From Thermoplasmata archaeon (lineage in GTDB: Archaea > Thermoplasmatota > E2 > DHVEG-1): 64,000 nucleotides of DNA. Positions 27,988 through 36,259 of this stretch are shown here, piece after piece. The number at the start of each line of letters is the position of its first letter. Positions within the stretch are counted from its first letter, which is position 1. The notes below the pieces were generated by a model, which saw only the letters and a list, made by a program, of their open reading frames with translations, had not been told where the DNA came from and did no database searches. Location of the stretch: the NCBI GenBank assembly GCA_020054495.1, contig JAHWGK010000006.1, forward strand, positions 4,829-68,828, given 5' to 3'. A program made the position numbers and the translations under genes.

Positions 27988-28710
27988 ATGACCAAACTAC
28001 TGTACATGGGCAATATTGAAGGGAACTACATAAAGGAATTTGATGCAATTGTTATAAAAAATAAGAAAGACTATATTTGTCTTGACAAGACTGCATTTTA
28101 CCCTCTTGGCGGAGGGCAACCCTCAGATATTGGCGTATTAGAATGGAACGATAAAAAATCAGAGGTAAAAGAGGTCATCAAAAAAGGAGATACAATAAAA
28201 CACATAATTAAAGGAGAACTACCATCAGTCGGAACAAAAGTCCATGCAACACTAGATTGGCATAGGCGCTACAGCCATATGAAAATGCATACAGCTCAAC
28301 ATATCATATCTGGAATAGTCTTCGATGAATACAACAAAGCACGAACAGTAGGAAACCAGATACATGCAGATTATTCAAGAGTAGACTTTAATCCAGCAAG
28401 TTTTACAGAAAAAGACTTAGAAGATATAGTAAACAAATTTAATAAAATAATAGAACAAAACCTACCAGTAAAAATCTATGAAGAAGAACGAGAAATCCTG
28501 GAAAAAAGAGTTGACCAACAACGATGCAATCTTGATCTACTCCCGAAATTTATAACAAAACTACGAATTGTAGAAATACAAGGATTTGACATTTGCCCAT
28601 GCGCAGGAACACATGTCAAAAACACAAATGAGATAACGAAAATAGATAAAACAAAAAAAGAAAGAAAAGGAAAAGACACAGATCGTATAATTTATTCACT
28701 AAGTAAGTAG
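27988..28710 (+). CDS. alaX: alanyl-tRNA editing protein AlaX (AlaX-M type)
   Basis: Zinc motifs HxxxH (HTAQHIISG) and CxxxH (CPCAGTHV). ATG 27988 (MTKLLYM) is preferred to the TTG at 27958 used in the track. Confidence 0.85.
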   Translation: MTKLLYMGNIEGNYIKEFDAIVIKNKKDYICLDKTAFYPLGGGQPSDIGVLEWNDKKSEVKEVIKKGDTIKHIIKGELPSVGTKVHATLDWHRRYSHMKMHTAQHIISGIVFDEYNKARTVGNQIHADYSRVDFNPASFTEKDLEDIVNKFNKIIEQNLPVKIYEEEREILEKRVDQQRCNLDLLPKFITKLRIVEIQGFDICPCAGTHVKNTNEITKIDKTKKERKGKDTDRIIYSLSK

Positions 28711-28711
28711 A

Positions 28712-28861
28712 TCATAATTTCAGTCTTATTTCAACATCTTTTATCTCATCTACGTCTTTTAATGATCTAAGCATTCCACAAATTGAATTTGCAATAAATT
28801 CTGCAGGAAATTCAGTTAAGGGAATTTCTTTACCATTTACTTTTACGTTTATTCTTTCCAT
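28712..28861 (-). CDS. hypothetical 49-aa protein immediately downstream of mobB
   Basis: MERINVKVNGKEIPLTEFPAEFIANSICGMLRSLKDVDEIKDVEIRLKL*. Its ATG directly follows the mobB stop (no gap). Confidence 0.35.
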   Translation of the reverse strand: MERINVKVNGKEIPLTEFPAEFIANSICGMLRSLKDVDEIKDVEIRLKL

Positions 28862-29299
28862 TTAATTCCTCCCTAGAAATTCAGTTTTCATAAAATTAAT
28901 CAATTTTTCAAAATCATTCTCATAAGTAATAATTGTATTTTTCCTTTCTTTTATTCCTCCAATTCTTATTTTTGGGATATTATCATCATTTGCTCCTTCA
29001 ATTATAATAATATCATATTTTCCCAAGGATTTAATAACGTTAACAATCTCACTGTTATTCATATTTTGTTTTAGTAAAAAATCAGTTTCGTTTTCTGAAG
29101 AAAAAACAACAAGATTTGCACCGGCCTGTGCATGTTTCCAAGTGTCTTTTCCTTCTGAATCGATACTAATTTTTTTATCAGATATTTTTACAGATGCAAC
29201 ATTAAATCCTTCTTTAGACAAGCGGTTAATCATTTCAACAATAAGTGTTGTTTTTCCAGTGCCAGATTCGCCATACAGTCCAATTATTGATGGATTCAT
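28862..29299 (-). CDS. mobB: MobB-like molybdopterin-guanine dinucleotide biosynthesis adapter (P-loop)
   Basis: 145 aa with Walker A GESGTGKTT and the MobB-like stretch GKDTWKHAQAGA. Confidence 0.6.
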   Translation of the reverse strand: MNPSIIGLYGESGTGKTTLIVEMINRLSKEGFNVASVKISDKKISIDSEGKDTWKHAQAGANLVVFSSENETDFLLKQNMNNSEIVNVIKSLGKYDIIIIEGANDDNIPKIRIGGIKERKNTIITYENDFEKLINFMKTEFLGRN

Positions 29300-29351
29300 G
29301 AATTTAGTTAAACCATAAACTCAAAATAAATATTTTCGTTTACCTTTCTTA

Positions 29352-30278
29352 TTGATCGATTTGAAAATTAATAAGCCATATATTGGATTGTTTATTGCTA
29401 TTATCTCTGTTTCTACAGCAGCAATATTAATTAAAACTGTTTCTTTTCATGAGCAGTTCCCTCTGACAGTTGCATTCTATCGTCTTCTATTTACCACTTT
29501 GCTTGTTTTACCTTTTGTAATATTTAGAAAGAAAATTCGAAAAGAACTTACAGGTTTATCAAGAGAATCTATTTTAATTATGTTTATTATCGGTTTGCTT
29601 CTTGCTGCTCATTTTGCTTTTTGGGTTAGTAGTCTTGGAAAAACATCTGTTGCAAGCTCTGTTATTTTAGTCACAGCACATCCTTTGCTTGTTGGACCCG
29701 CTTCGCATTATTTCCTGAAGGAACGGCTATCCAAGGCAAATGTTATCGGTATTTTGTTATCGGTTTTTGGTGTAATTATTTTAATCTATGGGAATAATAG
29801 TTATGTTTCAGACACTATCGATACACTTGAAGGTAATATTCTTGCTATTCTTGGTGGAATTGCTGCAGGTTTATATATTTTAGGTGGTAGAAAAGTTCGA
29901 AAAAATGTTTCAGTATGGTCTTATGCTTTTGTTGTTTATACTATTGCGACTATTATTTTATTTTTACTTTGTTTGTTTTTACAGTCTCCTATTTATGGAA
30001 TTTCATCTGAGGATTACGCTCTTATTTTTATTATGGCAATATTTGCGGGCATTTTAGGTCATACTCTTTATAATTGGTCATTGGAGTACGTTCGTGCATC
30101 TATTGCTTCTGTTGTTTTACTAGGTGAACCCATTGGTTCGTCTATTCTCGCATTTGCATTACCTTGGATTAGTCAAATTCCATCAGAATATACAATAGTT
30201 GGAGGAGTCATTATTCTTGTTGGTATCTTTCTTACCGCAAGAAGAACCATGGAAGTTAAATCTCTAACAAACATTTAA
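29352..30278 (+). CDS. EamA/DMT-family transporter
   Basis: 308 aa, about 10 TM, duplicated EamA pattern. TTG start as given in the track. Confidence 0.75.
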   Translation: MIDLKINKPYIGLFIAIISVSTAAILIKTVSFHEQFPLTVAFYRLLFTTLLVLPFVIFRKKIRKELTGLSRESILIMFIIGLLLAAHFAFWVSSLGKTSVASSVILVTAHPLLVGPASHYFLKERLSKANVIGILLSVFGVIILIYGNNSYVSDTIDTLEGNILAILGGIAAGLYILGGRKVRKNVSVWSYAFVVYTIATIILFLLCLFLQSPIYGISSEDYALIFIMAIFAGILGHTLYNWSLEYVRASIASVVLLGEPIGSSILAFALPWISQIPSEYTIVGGVIILVGIFLTARRTMEVKSLTNI

Positions 30279-30319
30279 AAACTTGATTTTATCTAAGATA
30301 TAGTAAAGGCATCTGGCAT

Positions 30320-31045
30320 ATGAAAAACATAGAGGAGCTAGTTTACAATGTTAAAAAATACAAAAATGCAGTAATTCAAGGTGAATTCAAAAGTAAAAAA
30401 AATGCAGTTGCATATGTAACTATTAATGATAAACCTCGTGTATTAAAATGGTTTGTACCAGGTTTAAAAAAACAAATGAAAACAGAATATGATATTCTCA
30501 AAAAAGGTTCATCAAAGCTTAACATACCATTTATTTTTGAAATGGATGGCGAAAATAACGTGTTGGTAACAAGTTATATTAATGGTGAAAATCTCTGTGA
30601 TCTTATAAATGATGAAAAAACTGCAACTAGTGAAAAAAAGAGATTAATGATTTTATTAGCTGAGTGGTTTGCCGAGTTTCACAATCATTTCAAGACAGGC
30701 AATCAATTTCGTATTCGTGGTGATTCTATTTTAAGGAACTTTATTCTTACTGATCGTATTTGGGGGGTAGATTTTGAAGAATCAAGAATGGGAAATGCTA
30801 TTGAAGATATTGTAGGAATGTGCTCATCTATTCTTAGTACAGATCCTATGTTTACATCTGAGAAATTTCAACTATGTGAAATATTCATAGAATCTTATAT
30901 AAAATTGGCCCCAGGGCGTATTGTAAATGTTAATGATGAGATAGCATATGCATTGCTTGAGAAGATACAATGGAGACCTGATGAAGAAGATACTCTTAGG
31001 AAATATAGTAAAAGAATAAGAGAAAAAGGACTAAAACAAGATTAA
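30320..31045 (+). CDS. protein-kinase-like fold protein (APH/Kdo-kinase/RIO-like)
   Basis: 241 aa with a Lys in VLKWF, a catalytic-loop-like RGDSILRNFIL and a DFG-like GVDFEES. Confidence 0.4.
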   Translation: MKNIEELVYNVKKYKNAVIQGEFKSKKNAVAYVTINDKPRVLKWFVPGLKKQMKTEYDILKKGSSKLNIPFIFEMDGENNVLVTSYINGENLCDLINDEKTATSEKKRLMILLAEWFAEFHNHFKTGNQFRIRGDSILRNFILTDRIWGVDFEESRMGNAIEDIVGMCSSILSTDPMFTSEKFQLCEIFIESYIKLAPGRIVNVNDEIAYALLEKIQWRPDEEDTLRKYSKRIREKGLKQD

Positions 31046-31087
31046 CTCAATGCCTATTATAGATAAGTTTTTTAACAAAACCGGCTT

Positions 31088-31161
31088 TGCTTCTAAAGTC
31101 AGTTTTTTGCTCCTAAAGCCCTATTTTTATTCCTAAAGTCTGCTCCTAAAGTCAGTTTAAG
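31088..31161 (+). repeat. four direct copies of YCCTAAAGYC (longer form TGCTYCTAAAGTCAGTTT) in an intergenic region
   Basis: The core motif occurs at 31091-31100 (ttctaaagtc), 31111-31120 (tcctaaagcc), 31131-31140 (tcctaaagtc) and 31144-31153 (tcctaaagtc). Spacing is 20, 20 and 13 bp. Confidence 0.6.
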
Positions 31162-31222
31162 AACAAACCCAACAAAACCATTAAAAAGATATGTAGTATT
31201 TAGTTATTTGAGGGGAAAGATA

Positions 31223-31525
31223 ATGTCAGCGGAAGAAACAGTTGATGAATTGATTGATAAGGCAATTGATGAAGTACTCTCTAAACCTGGTAAAGATAGC
31301 GAAGATATCAATAAAAGAAAGCCAAAACCATTTAGATATCTGACTAATGAAGAAGAAATTCAAGCAGAGCTAACCCCCGAAGAGGCCCCTGCTAGCATAA
31401 TGAAAGAATCTACTGCAGCAAAGATCGTTGAAGATCAACTTGCAATATTAGGATTAGGTGACATAGATATTATTGAGAATGTAATTAGAAAGCATGAAGC
31501 TAGCAGGAAATTTAGAGAAAAATAA
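31223..31525 (+). CDS. acidic hypothetical protein
   Basis: ORF track 31208..31525 (TTG). ATG 31223 (MSAEETVDEL..) is preceded by GAGGGGA. No family recognised. Confidence 0.45.
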   Translation: MSAEETVDELIDKAIDEVLSKPGKDSEDINKRKPKPFRYLTNEEEIQAELTPEEAPASIMKESTAAKIVEDQLAILGLGDIDIIENVIRKHEASRKFREK

Positions 31526-31607
31526 GCAGTTAATAAAGAATAATTTAAATTTATTTTTCAAGTCATAATTTTTATATAGACATTATGCTATCCGTGCACC
31601 GATAATT

Positions 31608-32009
31608 ATGGGGAAGGAAAAAATTATACCAATTTTAGCACTGATAATCCTAATAATAGGCGGAACATCCTCAGCATATGTTTATGCTACACAAATCGAC
31701 AAAGAGACTATATCAATTAATGGATATGAATACACGATTGATCAATTATTTTACATGGGGGAAGCAAAAACAATTGAAACAATGGAAGGAGAAAAAACAG
31801 GCGTTTCTCTTGAGGATCTGATTCCAAAGCTAGGCGTAGGTTGTCCATCCTGTCACGAATACACAATAATGGGAAAAGAGGGTTATCAAAAAACTGTTGA
31901 TTGGGATATTATGAAAACAGGAGTTTTGGCTGATATTAAAAAGGTTTATTTCCCTGATACTGCAAAGTCTTTTTGGGTAGGAGATATAGTTGAAATTGAG
32001 GTGAAATAA
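31608..32009 (+). CDS. N-terminally anchored small exported protein with a single CXXCH motif
   Basis: 133 aa with signal anchor IIPILALIILIIGGTSSAYVYA and the motif GVGCPSCHEY. First gene of the tightly packed AOR operon. Confidence 0.6.
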   Translation: MGKEKIIPILALIILIIGGTSSAYVYATQIDKETISINGYEYTIDQLFYMGEAKTIETMEGEKTGVSLEDLIPKLGVGCPSCHEYTIMGKEGYQKTVDWDIMKTGVLADIKKVYFPDTAKSFWVGDIVEIEVK

Positions 32010-32010
32010 A

Positions 32011-32652
32011 ATGAAAAAATGGAAAGTTATCGCTGGAATTTTATTATTTGGTTCACTTTGGGGATTCTCTGAAGTAATAATTGGATCAACGATTCAAGAT
32101 GTAGGTTTACCAAGTGGGGCAATTATGACCGGTGTTTTTGCAATATTTTTCTTAGTGTCCAGTAGAATAATTTATCGCCAACCAGGTATGCAATTTGGTA
32201 TAGGTCTTGTTGCTGGTGGTTTAAGACTTTTTAACCCATTTGTCGGATGTCATTTATGTTCAGCTATCGCAATAATGGCTGAAGGTGCCATTTTTGAATT
32301 AATTTGGTATAGGATTTCATTTGATTTCAGTGAGCTAAAAACAACAATTATGCAGGGCAGCATGGGTATAATATCTGCTTATACCATTTTCGTTGGAGGG
32401 TATATTGTAACCCAGATTTTAACACCTATTGCAGATGGAGCAAATTTTTATATCGAAAACTTAATTGTTTTTATGCCTAATATACTTGCAAGAGGATTAA
32501 TTGCTGCTGTGATTGGAGGTATAGTTTTGCCAATCACAATTTTAACAAAGAAAATTGACATAACTATCAAAGATCGGTTATACTATCCTACCACAATTGG
32601 CCTATCTATATTATGTTGGTTCGTTGTAATTGGAAATTGGTTTGTGGCATAG
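32011..32652 (+). CDS. polytopic membrane protein (about 6 TM), unknown function
   Basis: 213 aa. Starts 1 nt after the previous stop. Intramembrane GCHLCS motif. Confidence 0.6.
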   Translation: MKKWKVIAGILLFGSLWGFSEVIIGSTIQDVGLPSGAIMTGVFAIFFLVSSRIIYRQPGMQFGIGLVAGGLRLFNPFVGCHLCSAIAIMAEGAIFELIWYRISFDFSELKTTIMQGSMGIISAYTIFVGGYIVTQILTPIADGANFYIENLIVFMPNILARGLIAAVIGGIVLPITILTKKIDITIKDRLYYPTTIGLSILCWFVVIGNWFVA

Positions 32653-32661
32653 GCGGATATA

Positions 32662-33117
32662 ATGATGGATAAACTAAAAACTGTAAAGATCTTAAAGTTC
32701 CACCCTGAAAAATGTGATGGAAGCCTTGCATGCGAGAGAGCATGTTCACAGGTTCATTTTAAAACAGATGAGGGTGGTGACAAATCAGCAATCAGGATAT
32801 TAAAAAATGGAAATTCTTACAAGATGCATGTTTGTGACCAACGCGGTTTATGCTTAGATATGTGTCCTGTTGGAGCTCTTAATAGAAAAAAGAATGGAAT
32901 AGTCTGGCTTGATAAGGATATATGTATCGGTTGTCAGGCGTGTGTTGGTTTTTGTCCAATTGGTGCAATGAGAAAATCAGATGCAAGAATTGAACCTTTT
33001 AAATGTATCTCATGTGGTGCATGTGTTCGCGCCTGTCCAAATGGTGCACTTGAACTAATAGAAGTAAAAATCGATGATATAAAAAAAGTCGTTTATCATA
33101 AACAGGGGACAGAATAA
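32662..33117 (+). CDS. multi-cluster 4Fe-4S ferredoxin-domain protein (AOR electron-transfer subunit type)
   Basis: 151 aa with several Cys clusters, including CIGCQACVGFCP and CISCGACVRACP. TAATG overlap with the AOR gene. Confidence 0.85.
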   Translation: MMDKLKTVKILKFHPEKCDGSLACERACSQVHFKTDEGGDKSAIRILKNGNSYKMHVCDQRGLCLDMCPVGALNRKKNGIVWLDKDICIGCQACVGFCPIGAMRKSDARIEPFKCISCGACVRACPNGALELIEVKIDDIKKVVYHKQGTE

Positions 33118-35441
33118 TGGCTGAAGGACAAATTCCAATTGAAGAATATGAAACTGGAAATACTAAACATAAATGGGATTTGAAAAAACTCAAATTTGCT
33201 CATAGAGTTATTTTTGAATATAATTACAAAAAAGGCGAAATTAAAAGAGGATATGCGAATAGAACGTTATACCTCAATTTAACAAAGAAAGAGATCAAAG
33301 AAAAACCGGTCACAGAGGATATGAAAAAGAAATTCACAGGTGGCCGTGGTTTTGGACTTAAATTAATGTGGGCCTCTATCAAATCATCAACACGCTGGAA
33401 CAGTGATGAAAATGAGCTTTTAATTACAACCGGGCCATTATGTGGTACAACACAATATCCTGGTTCTGGTAAATCTCTTTGTTTAACTATATCCCCTTCA
33501 ACAGATATTATTTGTGATAGTAATGTGGGAGGATTCTTTGGCCCATATCTTAAATTTGCAGGATTTGACGCAATTGAAATACAAGGAAAAGCAAAACAAG
33601 ATGTTGTAATTGTTGTTGATGGGGAAAAAGGAAAAATCTCAGTTGAAACTGCACCTCTAGAGGAGACAAACTCACATCTGATAAATGAACAACTCACTCA
33701 TATGTATGCATCTGAAAATACTGATAAATCTAGACAAAAAGTTTCTGTCGTTTCAGCTGGAAAAGGAGCAGAACATAGTTATTGGGGCTGTTTGAATTTC
33801 TCATTTTATGATATTAGGAGAAAATTACCTCGTATGAAACAGGCTGGGCGGGGAGGACTTGGAACAGTTCTAAGAGACAAAAAGATCAAAGCAATAGTTA
33901 CTAAAATTGAAAAATTCGATGGTGTTTCAAATAATCCTGCTGATCCTATAGCTCTTGCTAAGGTTGGAACCAAACTACATCGTGAAATCAGGGATCTGGA
34001 TAGGCATCAATGCAATATGCGTGCTGTAGGAACCGTGCATCTTGTTGAAATTATGGATGAATATGATTTACTTCCGACAGAAAACTATCGTTTTGGAAGT
34101 TTTCCTAAAGCCTCTAAAATTTATTCACCTAAATTTTTCAAACACTTTACAAAAATTATTCCAGATGGCTGCTGGCATGGATGTACAATGGCATGTGCAA
34201 AAACTGTTGATGGATTCACTGTTATGACTGGGCCATATAAAGGACAAAAAACAACTGTTGATGGGCCAGAATATGAAACAGTAGCTTGTTGCTCTAATAT
34301 GAGCTTATGGGATCCACTATGGGTCCTTGAATTCAACTTTTATTGCGATACATATGGCCTTGATACAATATCAACTGGTACTGCAATTGCATTCTATATG
34401 GAAATGTATGAATATGGTATTTTAAACAAAGAAAGATGTGATGGTCTGGAGCTTTGTTTTGGTAATGGGGAAGCAGTCATGGAATTTATGCATCGTATTG
34501 CACAGGGCAACAAGGGAGAATTCACTAAAATTGCAGCAAAAGGTGCAAGGCGAGTTAAAGATTGGCTTATAAAAAATGCATGGGGTACTCCTCAGCTAAT
34601 TGAGGATTGCGGAATGGAGAGCAAAGGTCTTGAGTACTCTGAATATGTAACAAAGGAATCACTTGCTATGCAGGGGGGTTACGGACTCACATTAAAAGGC
34701 CCACAACATGATGAGGCATGGCTAATTTTCATGGATATGGTAAACAATGCAATACCAACATTTGAAGACAAAGCAGAAGCACTTCATTACTTTCCCATGT
34801 GGAGAACATGGTTTGGACTCAATGGTTTATGTAAACTTCCTTGGAATGATGTAGAACCTGCTAATAATGCAGAAACTGATGAACCATCAAAAGTTCCTGA
34901 ACATACCCAAAACTATGTAGAATACCAAAATGCGATAACCGGTTGGAATGTTGATAAAGAGGAACTAATTCTACAGAGTGAGCGATGTTACAACTGGCAG
35001 CGAGCAATGAATGTATGGCTGGGACGAGGTCGTAGAAAAGATGATTGGATTCCATATCGTTCAATGGGGCCAGTAACTGAGATGGAATATCTTTCAAGAA
35101 AAGATAGATATGATAAACAACTAGTTGAAAAATTAGGACATTCTGAAAAAGAAGTAGAAAAGATGAAAATAAAGGAGAAAATAGAACTCCTTTATGATTA
35201 CAGACAAGCTCAATATCAGAAACTCGCTGATGCTGTTTATTACAGGCGAGGATGGACTCCCAATGGTATTCCGACACCCCAAAAAATGAAACAGCTTGGA
35301 ATGGATGACCCCAAGATGTTAAAATTGCTCCAGGATAAAATTAATGAGGACGAAAAAGCTGGTCTGAATGTTTGGGGAGGAAAATACGGAAAAGGAGAAA
35401 AACCACCAAACATTCATCTTAAATATTGGGAGAAATGGTAA
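33117..35441 (+). CDS. aor: aldehyde:ferredoxin oxidoreductase family (tungsto/molybdopterin) enzyme, unusually long (774 aa)
   Basis: N-domain FTGGRGFGLKLMW, [4Fe-4S] Cys motif CWHGCTMAC, pterin-binding-type YCDTYGLDTISTG, ESKGLE and GPQHDEAW segments. Confidence 0.9.
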   Translation: MAEGQIPIEEYETGNTKHKWDLKKLKFAHRVIFEYNYKKGEIKRGYANRTLYLNLTKKEIKEKPVTEDMKKKFTGGRGFGLKLMWASIKSSTRWNSDENELLITTGPLCGTTQYPGSGKSLCLTISPSTDIICDSNVGGFFGPYLKFAGFDAIEIQGKAKQDVVIVVDGEKGKISVETAPLEETNSHLINEQLTHMYASENTDKSRQKVSVVSAGKGAEHSYWGCLNFSFYDIRRKLPRMKQAGRGGLGTVLRDKKIKAIVTKIEKFDGVSNNPADPIALAKVGTKLHREIRDLDRHQCNMRAVGTVHLVEIMDEYDLLPTENYRFGSFPKASKIYSPKFFKHFTKIIPDGCWHGCTMACAKTVDGFTVMTGPYKGQKTTVDGPEYETVACCSNMSLWDPLWVLEFNFYCDTYGLDTISTGTAIAFYMEMYEYGILNKERCDGLELCFGNGEAVMEFMHRIAQGNKGEFTKIAAKGARRVKDWLIKNAWGTPQLIEDCGMESKGLEYSEYVTKESLAMQGGYGLTLKGPQHDEAWLIFMDMVNNAIPTFEDKAEALHYFPMWRTWFGLNGLCKLPWNDVEPANNAETDEPSKVPEHTQNYVEYQNAITGWNVDKEELILQSERCYNWQRAMNVWLGRGRRKDDWIPYRSMGPVTEMEYLSRKDRYDKQLVEKLGHSEKEVEKMKIKEKIELLYDYRQAQYQKLADAVYYRRGWTPNGIPTPQKMKQLGMDDPKMLKLLQDKINEDEKAGLNVWGGKYGKGEKPPNIHLKYWEKW

Positions 35442-35446
35442 AAAAT

Positions 35447-36055
35447 ATGAATTTAGAAAAATCTGAGAAAATTAAGAAGAAATTAGGTAGATCTAGTGTC
35501 GGAATAGCCGGACTTGGGGGGCTTGGTTCAAACGCGGCTGTTGCTCTCGCTCGTGCGGGCATTGGAAAAATGATTCTTGTTGATTTTGACATAGTTGAGA
35601 AAAAAAATCTAACTAGACAATATTATTTTTTAGACCAGATTGGAAAACTAAAGGTAGATGCATTAAGAGAGAACTTAGAAAAAATCAATCCTGAAATAAT
35701 AATAGAAACTTACAATCTAAAATTAGAAAAAAATTCAATGGAAAAACCATTTATTGATGTCGATGTTGTAATTGAAGCTCTTGATCGCGCGGAGATAAAA
35801 GCAGCATTTATTGAAGAATCACTTTCAAAACTTCCAGATAAACATGTTGTCGCTGCTTCTGGTGTGGCAGGTTACGGGAATTCAGATAGAATTGTTACAA
35901 AACGCTTGGGTAATCTGTATATGTGTTATGATGAACACGCCTTATCAAGTGATGATGATGTGCTCATGGCTCCACGTGTTGCTCTTATGGCAAACTGGGA
36001 GGCAAATCTAGCACTTGAAATCATATTGGGTGAGGACAAGTGGGCATTGAAGTAA
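35447..36055 (+). CDS. thiF: short ThiF/MoeB-family adenylyltransferase (E1-like)
   Basis: ORF track 35426..36055 (TTG). ATG 35447 (MNLEKSEK..) lies just after the AOR stop. Nucleotide loop GLGGLGSNAA. About 200 aa, the short ThiF family. Confidence 0.8.
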   Translation: MNLEKSEKIKKKLGRSSVGIAGLGGLGSNAAVALARAGIGKMILVDFDIVEKKNLTRQYYFLDQIGKLKVDALRENLEKINPEIIIETYNLKLEKNSMEKPFIDVDVVIEALDRAEIKAAFIEESLSKLPDKHVVAASGVAGYGNSDRIVTKRLGNLYMCYDEHALSSDDDVLMAPRVALMANWEANLALEIILGEDKWALK

Positions 36056-36240
36056 ATGGTAGAAAAGTCGAGTGGGTTAAAAACGAAACCGTTAAATATC
36101 TCCTTAGGAGAATGAGATATACATTTCCACTTGTTGTCGTAAAAATAAATGACAAGATAATTCCCCGGAAAGATTTTTCAGATGTTATCGTGCCTGATAA
36201 TTCTAAGGTTGCTGTTATTCATATGATAAGTGGCGGCTAA
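36040..36240 (+). CDS. thiS: ThiS/MoaD-type beta-grasp sulfur carrier (C-terminal GG)
   Basis: 66 aa, MGIEVNGRKV...VIHMISGG*. GTG start with GGTGAGG 4 nt upstream. 16-nt overlap with thiF. Confidence 0.8.
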   Translation: MGIEVNGRKVEWVKNETVKYLLRRMRYTFPLVVVKINDKIIPRKDFSDVIVPDNSKVAVIHMISGG

Positions 36241-36259
36241 AAAAATTATAGGATTCTTA

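Noticed and set aside
31088-31161. Possible mini-CRISPR array
   Set aside because: The repeats are only 10-18 bp with 2-10 bp between them, so there are no spacer-sized unique segments. No cas genes are present anywhere in the window. Treated as a binding-site array instead.
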